From positions 1-46,143 of the forward strand of contig UYFQ01000196.1 of assembly GCA_900617105.1 (NCBI GenBank): a DNA stretch of 46,143 bases, in the 5' to 3' direction. The translations under genes were made by a program, and so were the position numbers. The notes below the pieces were generated by a model. The model did not search any database, was not told the DNA's origin, and saw only the letters and a list, made by a program, of their open reading frames with translations. Source of the DNA: Hydrurus foetidus. Lineage: Eukaryota. Each line of letters starts with the position of its first letter. Within the stretch, counting starts at the first letter, position 1. Shown here one piece after another: positions 14,201 through 25,900 of the stretch.

Positions 14201-17200
14201 ACAGGTCCCCCCCCGTCCCTTTTTTTCTTTGCAGAAGCCATTATCATTCCCAGAATAAAACTGGAACTTTCCGCGACTTCTTTTCGGGGAAATTTCACAC
14301 ATTGTTGTATGCATTCTAGAATTTCTGCGAGATTAGGTTCAGGGTCCGCGTTGTTTTGAGAGGGCAGCTTGTCATCTATTATGATGGAATAGCCTGATTC
14401 CAACAGAGTCTGTTGGTACAGCCAAGTGGAGTTGTGGTGGAACTTAGTGTGGATGGATTTAAAGAAAGGAAAAGGTACTGTGGGAAGCAGTTGGAAGGTA
14501 CAGATGATGATAAATAAGCAATAGTAAAAGTCAAAATGAAATTAATTGTATAGGAGGAAAATTAAAATATGACATAACTTCACAGGACAGTATCTCAGAG
14601 AGTAAGAAAGAGAAAAAAAAGAAATGATGCACCGAGAATGACGCAGCTGCGGTATTGGTGACGTCGGTCACAAAAAGATTTAATACACTGTTACCAAGAA
14701 TCCTCAGTGCACTGCACTACACTGCACTGCACTACACCACATCACACTACACTACACCACACCACACAACACTTCACCAGACTACACTGCACTACACTAA
14801 ACCACACTACACAACACTTCACCACACCACACTACACCACACGCACCTTCAAAATCGACAATCCAGCGAGTCTTTTACGCACACCCTCTGATCCTTTACT
14901 TTTAGCCGCAGCATTGGCTCCACCGGTAGGCCCGGCATCCACGGTTAAAAGGTCCGCCACTGCAGCTAAACTTAGAAGAAGCCCTTTTCTCCCGGGGGGA
15001 TCTTTGAACAAGCGTACTAACGCACCAATGCTTTGTACGTTCTCTTTGAGCACGTCAGACTCATCGTTGTAGGAGTGTTTGATTAGATAGGATATCAGAC
15101 GAGATACTTGTGTGTACTGCTCTCCTATTCCCCCAAAGGGATCTTCTTCAGTATTGGAGAGTACTTGACCCCAAGAATCGCAAAGAGTAAACACGACATC
15201 TCGAAGAAAATAGTGATATCCGTCTCCTATTTCAGGATCGCATAAATCTGTATTACAGCACTCTATCACCGCGGGTAGCAAATGATTGGCATACGGTGCA
15301 ACTATCAAAGATACCGGCTGATTCAACAGGAGTCTCAGAAAAAATAGCCGGACATTACGGCTGACTCCGGTATAGTCACTCAGTCTATCCTTCACTTCCA
15401 TTAACCAATTTGGCAGTATTTCCTCTCTCCATTTACCGGATTTAACCGAATTTGAATTCATATTGTCGGAGGTACCAAAAAGATAATTCATCCTCTGCAC
15501 TACACGTAACACTGACGTCATACAACTCTGCGTGTTTAGATCATTCATCTCTAATGCGATTACGCGGTCATCTAATCCACACACTACATCATCGTCATTT
15601 TCATTTTCGGAATTTAACGGCTCATAATCCGATGCGTACTGGCTGTATCCACTCCCCTTCAGGGGGTGGACATTAGTGGACCCTAGACCCAGATCCTCAA
15701 ATTCCATCTGACTTTGACTTAGACTTTGTGCTTGACTCTGTGTAGGGCGACTGGAATTTTCACCCAAGTTCCGGGTTTTGGACTTTGACCCGAATGGTGT
15801 GAGTTGAGTTTGAGTCATTAAACTGCTCCTTTCCATCATAGTACCTGAGAGATATTGCGACACATAACCCCCTACACTCCCGCTCTCCCCTCTCTTTCTT
15901 CTTCTCCCTGATTTTCTTTTTGACCCCTCCCCTGTCACACCGGGAGGTCCGATGTAAACGGTCTCGAATTTGGCCGTAGTACATTCAAATCTGTACGTTA
16001 CGCTACAATCTACAATGCGCCTCCACACACACTCCCCTGGTTTTTCTTTGAATAAAAACATATCGAAAAACTTCTCCTCGCTCTGTGATTTAGCAACTGT
16101 CATAGCCAGACACCCAAATGCTGCACAGTACAGCAACTGTATAATAGCCGGGTCTGCCGTAATAGGCAGGGAGGTACGGACGTGTTTGTACGCTGATTTG
16201 CTGACAGCACCGGTTAATTCGTTTCCCTTTGATTCTGGGCCTGAAAATGCTTTCGCAATGTCTCCCTTTAGGGAAGACAAAGAACATTTATCATACGCGA
16301 CTTCGAACAATTTGTAGCAACAGGTCTGAAGATATAGTAGACCATTCACAGTGTAGACACTATCGGATATTTTTGTTTCTTTTTGCGTTATTTCATACAG
16401 TCTTTTCACGACACTCACACTGTCCCCCGAGGGATATCCATTTATTTGGACCTTCAGGGATTTCCAAGGAGCACACAGAAGAGTGGTAAGTACGTACGGA
16501 CTGCATGACGTCAGTACGGGTATGCAGAAATACTGGAATATTGTTTGTTTGACCGTCAAGTCTTCTCTTTCGTCTGATAAAATCTGAAAACAATACCCAC
16601 ACACAGCTTGAACCGCACAGATTCTAGAATCTTCGGTCCAAGGTCCACCCCCATGATTTTCATTATTGATGAGATCGGATTGCTGAGTATGAGAGATCGA
16701 GGCTGCTAGAGACGAAAGCGCGTCTGTCAGCCATGGGTAGTATCTGTGATTTTTCCCTTCTCGCAAGGCGGGTAGAAGAGGAGAAAGAAGGCAGAATGAT
16801 CCTCCGAGGAGAAAAGAATCCAAGTACGTACGCAGCAGAATTCTGTACTGCTTTCCTAAGAATGTGACAAGTGGATTTTGTTCAGAATGACGCAGATCGT
16901 TAGACAGCTGTGTTACATGGCTACGTCTTCGTGGCAGTGGTAATTGCTTTTTGTATCTAACCTAACAGCGACTCCGGATCGAGTTGGGTAGACACCACTG
17001 GGAATCTGTTGGCCACTAATTCTTCCAAGGACTCCACCGCCTAAGAGCAGATGGGGTAGGGTTGAATGAGATGAGATTAATAGAATAGGACGAACAAGAT
17101 GTGTACGAGCCGGATATTTAAAGAAACTAATAATGAGTCTTGTATAGCTCGCACAATGTTCGGCGTTTATGAAGATTAGGTGGACGTTCACACACATACA

Positions 17201-19910
17201 TTCATACATACATACATACATACATGAATAAATATATAAATACATACATACATGCATACATACACACACACATACACACACACATACATACATACATACA
17301 TACATACATACATACATACACACATAGAGTAGATGAAAGGAGAATTAGAAAACATGAAAATGGACTCAGAAAAAGCACAAACATCAATAGTAATAGCAAA
17401 ACACGAACATCACAACATGTCTCACTTCATCGTATGTAGCCTGATCCTCCTGGAACAACAGACAGGGCCTAGGGGAAATAGCCGCATTTCCAGTTAAAAC
17501 ATACGGTAGATATTTCAACGCTGATATGACACATTCTAAAGAACTTTCCGCTGATTTCTTGAGACATAAAATGCTGTGGGATAGCAAGGTAGAGTGTAGT
17601 GTTTTGCTCTGACTGCCTGGGAGGAGTGAATTTAGTTCCAGTAACTGTAGCAGTACATCTCCATACCCACACTCAATCTCACTATTTCCTTCACTCCCAT
17701 TTTTTACCCGATTCCCCGAACCCGTCTTGGTCCCTACACCCCCGCCCCCTATTCCGAAGTCCAAAAATGGACAGAAGACGGGTTCAAAACAACACACCAC
17801 TTGGGCAGCAATCTCTTTGGGGATGGACTTCTCGCCCATTTGATCCGCTAATACAGCGGATATGATCATACCGGAGAGTTTCAACAATACGGTATACCCC
17901 TCTGAATTCACTCCCATGGGGAGTGCATTTGACCGTGTTCTTATTCCAGCTAGAGTGACGCACTTTGCGAATCCAGTACCGTGTAAGGCAAAGGCTGTCC
18001 CGCTCTCACCCAATATTGTCCGCACTAATAAAGGGGAGAATTTCTCGAGTAATACTGACCCAAGTTCTAACCCCGACCCCAACCCCGATCCTGACCCGTT
18101 ACCCCCTAACAGGAGCGCTATTATTGTCCAGCTCTTAAGAGACGCTTCTAAAATATCCTCTCCTTCTCCACCTCCATCTCTGCTTGCATTTTCATTTTGA
18201 TTGTCAGCCACCATGGCAGACGTTGCGCTGGACAGTGTCGAGGATGATGTGGGAGATAAGACTGCGATGAGGGGTATAACTGCTGTGTTGTGTGCATGTG
18301 TCGTGGAGACTAAAGAAGAAGATGAAGAGGAGGAGGAGGAGGAGGAGGAGGAGGAAAATGTTGGTGACAGTGGTGGAGTGGGTAGAGGTGGCCGATGGGG
18401 AGTGGTAGGAAGGAGCGATGAGAGGCAGAGAGAGATCGAGTGCCGCCTGAGCTATGCTGTCAGCAAGATCGGACAGCTCAGGAGAGAGAGACGATGACGT
18501 ACTCGCAGCTCTCAGCATGCAAAAGGCAGCGCACTGCACTCCGCTGTGAGGTAGAGAAGAGGCAGTGGTAGTGGAGGGGGTGAATGCTATGTGAATCAGT
18601 CTACTGTCCGCTGCCTCGATTAATCGGTACGTGCGTACGTAACACGTTATTTCTTCTTGACTCATATCGATGGTTTTCATCCTTTCTAGTCCACTTGCCA
18701 TCGCTGCTGCTAAACAATGGTAGAACCCTGTGGCAGACTCACCACCCCCCTCTTTTCTCCTCCCCATTCCCTCTTTTTCCCCTCTCTCATCTCTTTCTCC
18801 CCTTTCTCCTACCCCATATGTCCCTTCTTCTTTCTTACTAAATTCCAGCATTAAATGTTTACCGAATAGTTGCTTAGTGGCTGCTGGTATGAATACTCCC
18901 ACTTGTTCGGAAGAAGGGGAACAAAAGACTCCGTAGACTGATGGTCGCAGCAGCGCATGGAATATCTGTGTTGTGAGAGGAGGTAGTGTTATGATAATGT
19001 AGAGTGGATTATTGTGTGGAGGTGACTAGTTGTGATGTGCAATTTAATCGGCTTTGATGCACGATTTTAACAGATGATTTGAGCTGTGGGAAGATATGCT
19101 ATGCAAACATGTAGATGCAATGAGACAGCCAGCAAGTAAGCCAGCCAGACGTAAAGAGTGTCAACTCACCAGTGGATAGAATCCTTGACCCAGGATCCCT
19201 TCGACTGACCCCAGGCTTTCGTCCCCATCCACTGCACCTGATGAGATTGCAATCGTTGCTATCACCGCACTCCCACTCCCACTCCTACTCCCACTGCTAC
19301 CTATATCTTGATTTGTATCAGTGTTATTGATACCGCTATCATTAGTACCACTATTGTTGCCTGCACTCATGTTTGTCTTCTTGTTCATGCGAGTGTTCGT
19401 GTCTGTGTTGGAGTTGGTGTTTGTGTCTGTGTGTGAGAGTAGAACAAAGACAAGTTGGATTGTTCTTCTGAACACCTCCGCTCTGAGATCCAATAACCTC
19501 TCCCGCATTCTCTCCTTCTCCCTACTTTCGTCTTTATCTCCGTCCCCTTCTCTGTCCCTACCCCTATCCCTATCCTATCCCTATATCCTGTTCCCGCCTC
19601 TCATTTCTTTTCCGCTGCCATCCCTGTCCTGACCATGCTCTACTTCCCTGTAGTTGATTTCTTTGTCCGTTATCTTCAGACCACTGGAGTAGTTGTTGCT
19701 ATTGCTATCACCCTTCTGTTTTAATGCTCTGTACGTCAATCAACACAATATGTCAAGTTGAATACAATTGGAGAGAGATTATGAGGTGTAATGTGACCGA
19801 AATATAATAAATTGAGGTGGAGAATTTAAGAAGGGACTCACACTGTAGTTACATAATATAGATAAAGTTAACACAAGAAGACCTAAGCATTTCGAAAAAA
19901 ATGATAAAAA

Positions 19911-19970
<60 letters not shown>

Positions 19971-22900
19971 GAAGGAAGGAAGGAAGGAAGGAAGGAAGGA
20001 AGGAAGGAAGGAAGGAAGGAAGGAAGGAAGGAAGGAAGGAAGGAAGGAAGGAAGGAAGGAAGGAAGAGAGGATAAATGAATGCAAAACAAAATCATTGAG
20101 AAATGGAGAAGTGCGCACTTACTCAATGTCCCCCTTTAAGATCTTAAAATGACACGCATCCATAAAGTTCCTAAGAAACTTGAAGATGCGGGGACGTGCG
20201 TCACTCTGAGAATCATAATCAAAATGTTCTGCAGAAGACGACTGGCGCTCGTGCTGCTTAGGAACAGAAGAATATTCTGCAGAAGAAGAAGATAGAACAC
20301 TCGCTTTGCGCTTGGACCCTCTTTCCGCCTTAATCACCACTTCAACTTCAACTGCAACTTCAACTTCAAGTTGGGGAGATGAGAATAATTGCTGTGGTGT
20401 GAGGTATTTGGATTTCAATAGCCAGTGGTACGCATCCGTCACGGCGCTGAGTCTCTCCAGCCATCCGATCTCATTGAAAAGGGACCCTGGACCAGACCCC
20501 ATCCCGGACCTTAAACCAGACCCTGGACCTGATTCTGGGACAGATCCTGGACCGGATCCTGAACCTGACCTTAGTCCAGATTTCAGATTAGATAGAACTT
20601 GGACCGTAGAGTTCGGAAGTGTTACATCGTAGCAATCTTGAATGACACCGTCCCTAGTCACGCTCTCTATCACCGCTATGATGCCACGCATTCCCTTCTC
20701 CTCTGCAAGTCCTTTTAAGTACATCGCAACCCTCCCCTGGGACCCGCCGGTAAACCTGGTATGTCCGATATGATCCGACCCCACACCTGTATGTACGACT
20801 GTACGGAATGGCAGTAGCGGACAGAGAGTGGTGAAACACGCCATGCAAGACCTTCGAAAGTATGTGTTGCTGCTGCCGCAACCGGTCCACAGCCATTCCA
20901 CTAGTGCACCCAGGTTCTGGGGATGGGTCCGTGAGTCGTCCACCCTTGGGGAAAATATATTAGTATTAAGTGCATCAACTGAGAAAATGAAATTAGATAT
21001 TTAAATGAGAGTATTAGATAAAAAATCAAACAAGAAATGACATTAAGCGAACAAGGTAGGAAAATTAGAAAAGAGAAAAATATGGAAAGATAAATACTTC
21101 TCGACATCACCTACAAACAAATACCAATAAAAAATGCCCGCGTAAAGTGTAAGTAACGTGATAAAAAAAACATCGCTTCGTGGGTGATATGAATTGTATA
21201 TTGAATTGTCACTCCTCTTCTCTTATTCGACACAAGTTAATTAAATCCATTTTAAATGTGTTCTTTTTCAAATATTGTTTCTAATATTCTTGTTCAATGT
21301 TTGTGGCATTATTCCTATCACATATTTAGATACACGCCACACGACAGTAACATCTACACTTATCACACTTGTCATACTTGTCATACTTGTCACACTTATC
21401 AAAGGATTTACTCTTACTTCAGTAGAGAAGAATCTTCGCTGGACCTTATGAAACGGGCGATAAGAGTTTCATACTTCTGAGCAGTGCCAGCTATCTCCTA
21501 TACACCGGATGAGTTGATGATGAGTGGATAGACAGACCAGTAGGTGAATGCATCGCTTCATTGCATAGATTAATAAAATATCATGAAGTGCAGTTGGAAA
21601 CGAAAAGAGAAGAGGAGATCCCATACAAGTAACACGCACAGACACACTCACACCCTCATTCACACAGACCTGAAGTGTCTCGTTGGTCCCCCCTGCTCTA
21701 AGCGCTTTTAGGAGGGTGAAGAGAACTTGCATTGCATATCGGTGAATCAAACTTGTCTCCCCACCGAAGATCCTACAGTGAAAAAGTGTACGCGTACAGA
21801 ATACATTTCATTACAAATTTTGTATTTGTACGCATGGAGTATTGTGTTGCTGCTGCAGCTCTTCTTAATCTGAAGAAGAAATAATGAAAGCATTTAAATA
21901 AACACTATGTTCAATCATATAAATATAATAGGTACCCTGTTGTTGTACATGCGGCTCGAAAAGATAACACTGTTTAACACGTCACCACAAAAAGCTTACT
22001 TAAATATTTTGTTGAGAGTTGAGGCGGCTCCCAGCCTCTTCATCTCCTGTGGATGACACACTAAGAGCAGCAATCTCAATATCAGATCGGAACAGGTATT
22101 ATCTGCTGCTAATTCCTTTTTACTGGATTGTTTTACTATCCATTTAAAGTACTCCGTCAAAGCATCTGCGCACTGTGTATTATAGCGGAAATACGGTTAG
22201 CGGAAATACGGTTAAAAATTGGTCGTGAGATAGATTACTTTTGTTTTGAGAGTAATGAAGTGTTGATCAATGCAATATCGAAGGGCAGTAAGCGATGTTT
22301 CAGTGTAGTGTAGTGCAGTGTGGTATAGTGTAGTGTAGAGTAGAGTAGTGTAGTGTAGAGTAGTGTAGTGTAGTGTAGTGTGGTGTAGTGTAGTGTAGTG
22401 TATAAAGTGTAGTGCAGTATGATGAAGTGTGGTGTAGTGTAATGTAGTGTAGTGTAGTGTAGTGTAGTGTAGTGCAGTGTTGTGTAGTGTAGTGTAGTGT
22501 AGTGTAGTGTAGTGTGGTGTATGTGTGAGTGTAGTGTGGTGTAGTGTGTGTAGTGTAGTGTAGTGTGTGTAGTGTAGTGTGTGTAGTGTAGTGTAGTGTG
22601 GTGTAGTGTGGTGTAGTGCAGTGTAGTGTGGTGTAGTGTAGTGTAGTGTAGTGTAGTGTAGTGTAGTGTAGTGTAGTGTGGTGTAGTGTAGTGTGTAGTG
22701 TAGTGTGGTGTAGTGTAGTGTAGTGTGTGTAGTGTAGTGTGGTGTGAGTGTAGTGTGGTGTAGTGTAGTGTGGTGGTGTGATGAAGTGTGGTGTGAGTGT
22801 GGTGTAGTGAGTGGGTGTGTAGTGTAGTGTAGTGTAGTGTAGTAGTGTAGTGCAGTGTATGTAGTGTAGTGCAGTGTAGTGTAGTGTAGTGCAGTGTGTG

Positions 22901-25900
22901 TATAGTGTAGTGTAGTGTGGTGTGAGTGTAGTGCAGTGTAGTGTAGTGTGTGTGGTGTAGTGTAGTGTGGTGTGAGTGTAGTGTAGTGTGTGGAGTGTAG
23001 TGTGGTATGGTGTAGTGTAGTGTAGTGTAGTGTAGTGTAGTGTAGTGTAGTGTAGTGTAGTGTAGTGTGGTGTAGTGTGGTGTAGTGTAGTGTAGTGTAG
23101 TTGTAGTGTGGTGTAGTGTAGTGTAGTGTTGTGTGTGTGTGTGATGTGGTGTAGTGTAGTGTGAGTGATGTGTGGTGTAGTGTAGTGTAGTGTAGTGTAG
23201 TGTAGTGTAGTGTAGTGCAGTGTGTGTAGTGTAGTGTGTGTAGTGTAGTGTGGTGTGGTGTGGTGTAGTGCAGTGTTGTGTAGTGTAGTGTAGTGTAGTG
23301 TAGTGTAGTGTAGTGTGGTGTAGTGTGGTGTAGTGTAGTGTAGTGTAGTGTAGTGTAGTGTAGTGTAGTGTAGTGTAGTGTAGTGTAGTGTAGTGTAGTG
23401 TGGTGTAGTGTAGTGTAGTGTAGTGTGGTGTAGTGTAGTGTAGTGTAGTGTAGTGTAGTGTAGTGTAGTGTAGTGTAGTGTAGTGTAGTGTAGTGTGGTG
23501 TAGTGTGATGTAGTGTAGTGTAGTGTAGTGTAGTGTAGTGTAGTGTAGTGTAGTGTAGTGTGGTGTAGTGTAGTGTAGTGTAGTGTGAGTGCAGTGTAGT
23601 GTGTGAGTGTAGTGTAGTGTGTAGTGTAGTGTGTGGTGTAGTGTAGTGTAGTGCAGTGTGGTGTGTGGTGTAGTGTAGTGTAGTGTAGTGTGGTGTGGTG
23701 TAGTGTAGTGTTGTGTAGTGTAGTGTAGTGTAGTGTAGTGTAGTGTAGTGTAGTGTAGTGTAGTGTAGTGTAGTGTAGTGTAGTGTAGTGTAGTGTAGTG
23801 TAGTGTGGTGTAGTGTGGTGTAGTGTGGTGTAGTGTAGTGTAGTGTGGTGTAGTGTAGTGTAGTGTAGTGTAGTGTGGTGTAGTGTAGTGTAGTGTAGTG
23901 TAGTGTAGTGTAGTGTAGTGTGGTGTAGTGTGGTGTGGTGTAGTGTAGTGTGGTGTAGTGTAGTGTAGTGTAGTGTAGTGTGTTGGTGTGGTGTGTGTAG
24001 TGTAGTGTAGTGTGGTGTGGTGTGTGTGTAGTGTAGTGTAGTGTAGTGTAGTGTAGTGTGGTGCAGTGTAGTGTAGTGTAGTGTGAGTGTGTAGTGTAGT
24101 GTAGTGTAGTGTGGTGTAGTGTAGTGTGGTGTAGTGTAGTGTAGTGTAGTGTAGTGTAGTGTAGTGTAGTGTAGTGTAGTGTAGTGTAGTGTAGTGTGGT
24201 GTAGTGTGGTGTAGTGTAGTGTAGTGTAGTGTAGTGTGGTGTAGTGTAGTGTAGTGTAGTGTAGTGTAGTGTAGTGTGGTGCAGTGTGTGTGTGTGTGTG
24301 GTGTTGTGTGGTGTGGTGTGGTGTAGTGTAGTGTAGTGTAGTGTGGTGTAGTGTAGTGTAGTGTGTGTGTGTGTGTGGTGTAGTGTAGTGTAGTGTGAGT
24401 GTAGTGTAGTGTGGTGTAGTGTGGTGTAGTGGTGTGAGTGTGTGGTGTAGTGTAGTGTAGTGTAGTGTAGTGTAGTGTAGTGTAGTGTAGTGTAGTGTAG
24501 TGTAGTGTAGTGTAGTGTAGTGTAGTGTAGTGTAGTGTAGTGTGATGTAGTGTGGTGTGGTGTAGTGTAGTGTAGTGTAGTGTGGTGTAGTGTAGTGTAG
24601 TGTAGTGTAGTGTAGTGTGGTGTAGTGTAGTGTAGTGTAGTGTAGTGTAGTGTAGTGTGATGTAGTGTAGTGTAGTGTGGTGTAGTGTAGTGTAGTGTAG
24701 TGTAGTGTAGTGTAGTGTAGTGTGGTGTAGTGTAGTGTAGTGTAGTGTAGTGTAGTGTAGTGTAGTGTAGTGTAGTGTAGTGTAGGGTAGTGTAGTGTAG
24801 TGTAGTGTATCACAGCCCTAAACATGCGATGATGTAACACACAAGTTGTAAGGAGGAAGACAAGAATATTTCCACGTACTTGATTTCTGAGTTTCGCGTC
24901 ACTGGTGTCGGAGAGACCGTCAATAAGAGTGTCTAGCAGCACAGCAGACTCCGACTCATGCACATTGTCTCTCCCCGCAAACCACCTCACCACTTGATAC
25001 AGAAGAGTGTGGAACAACTGACTGCACAGTGCATCGCCGCTCACTGACAGTCTCACAGCGGTTGGGAGCACTAAAGAGTACATGGGGGTAAATCGAGAAT
25101 CCCCGGCCCGGACCTTGGACCCAGATGCTGCTGCACCCACCATGTAGCTGATTATTCCGTGTAAAAACTCCGCAGCTGCAAGGCGTGCTTGACGATCACC
25201 TTATTGTCCGAATATATGTGATAAAAAGAGTTTATGCTTGGGAAATTCAACATAAGTTGCATTCGAAACTTGCATTACATCTTATTTTTAAAAATAATTT
25301 GATTTTAAATTGGGTTAGTAGAAGTAAAATATCATTCCATCATGTCAAGGGAGAGGGAGGGGAAAGGGGAGAGAGACGACACCTTCGAGATCGTGACATA
25401 TGTTACAAAGTCACACTGCAGCTTATAATTCAATATACTTAAAGACAATTTATGATAGATCACGATATTTGAAGATAATTTGTTTCATCCTCTCACCTGA
25501 CTCGACTGAGGCACTCAAGGTAGACCCAGAACCAGATCTGGAATCTGACCCGGACTGCCCCTGGGGGCTGCACAACTCCACGACTCGAGGAAGGAGCTTG
25601 TCAAGGGACAGAGAAATGCTTTTCAAATGGGGAGTTGAGGCAAAAGATCGTGAAGACGTAGCAGAGTGGGAGAGAGGTAGAGAAAGAGGTAGTGGGAGCT
25701 CGATAGTAAGGCAGTCTGAGCCATTCCAAGCAGCAGACGCCTGTACTGCGAGAGATGGGTTCACCAACAACTTCTGGTTTCTCCCACCCAAGATCCCCAA
25801 AAGACGGACTATGGATCTGTGCAGATTCTTGTTTTCAGTTCTATCCGGAGTATTAAATTCGGCAGATCCTGGACCGTCCAGGGTGGAATCTGCTGTAGAC

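Noticed and set aside
19575..19583. TAG reassignment (alternative genetic code)
   Set aside because: Thousands of other codons in long exons contain no in-frame TAG, and the two stops sit in a slippage-prone repeat.
22301..24808. Interstitial telomeric repeat
   Set aside because: TAGTG lacks the GGG run of TTAGGG/TTTAGGG, and related pentamers occur in many introns.
22300..25143. 947-aa ORF rich in HYTTL repeats
   Set aside because: Only 25199-24880 is exon (donor CAA|GTACGT). The rest is a stop-free reading of the (TAGTG)n satellite.
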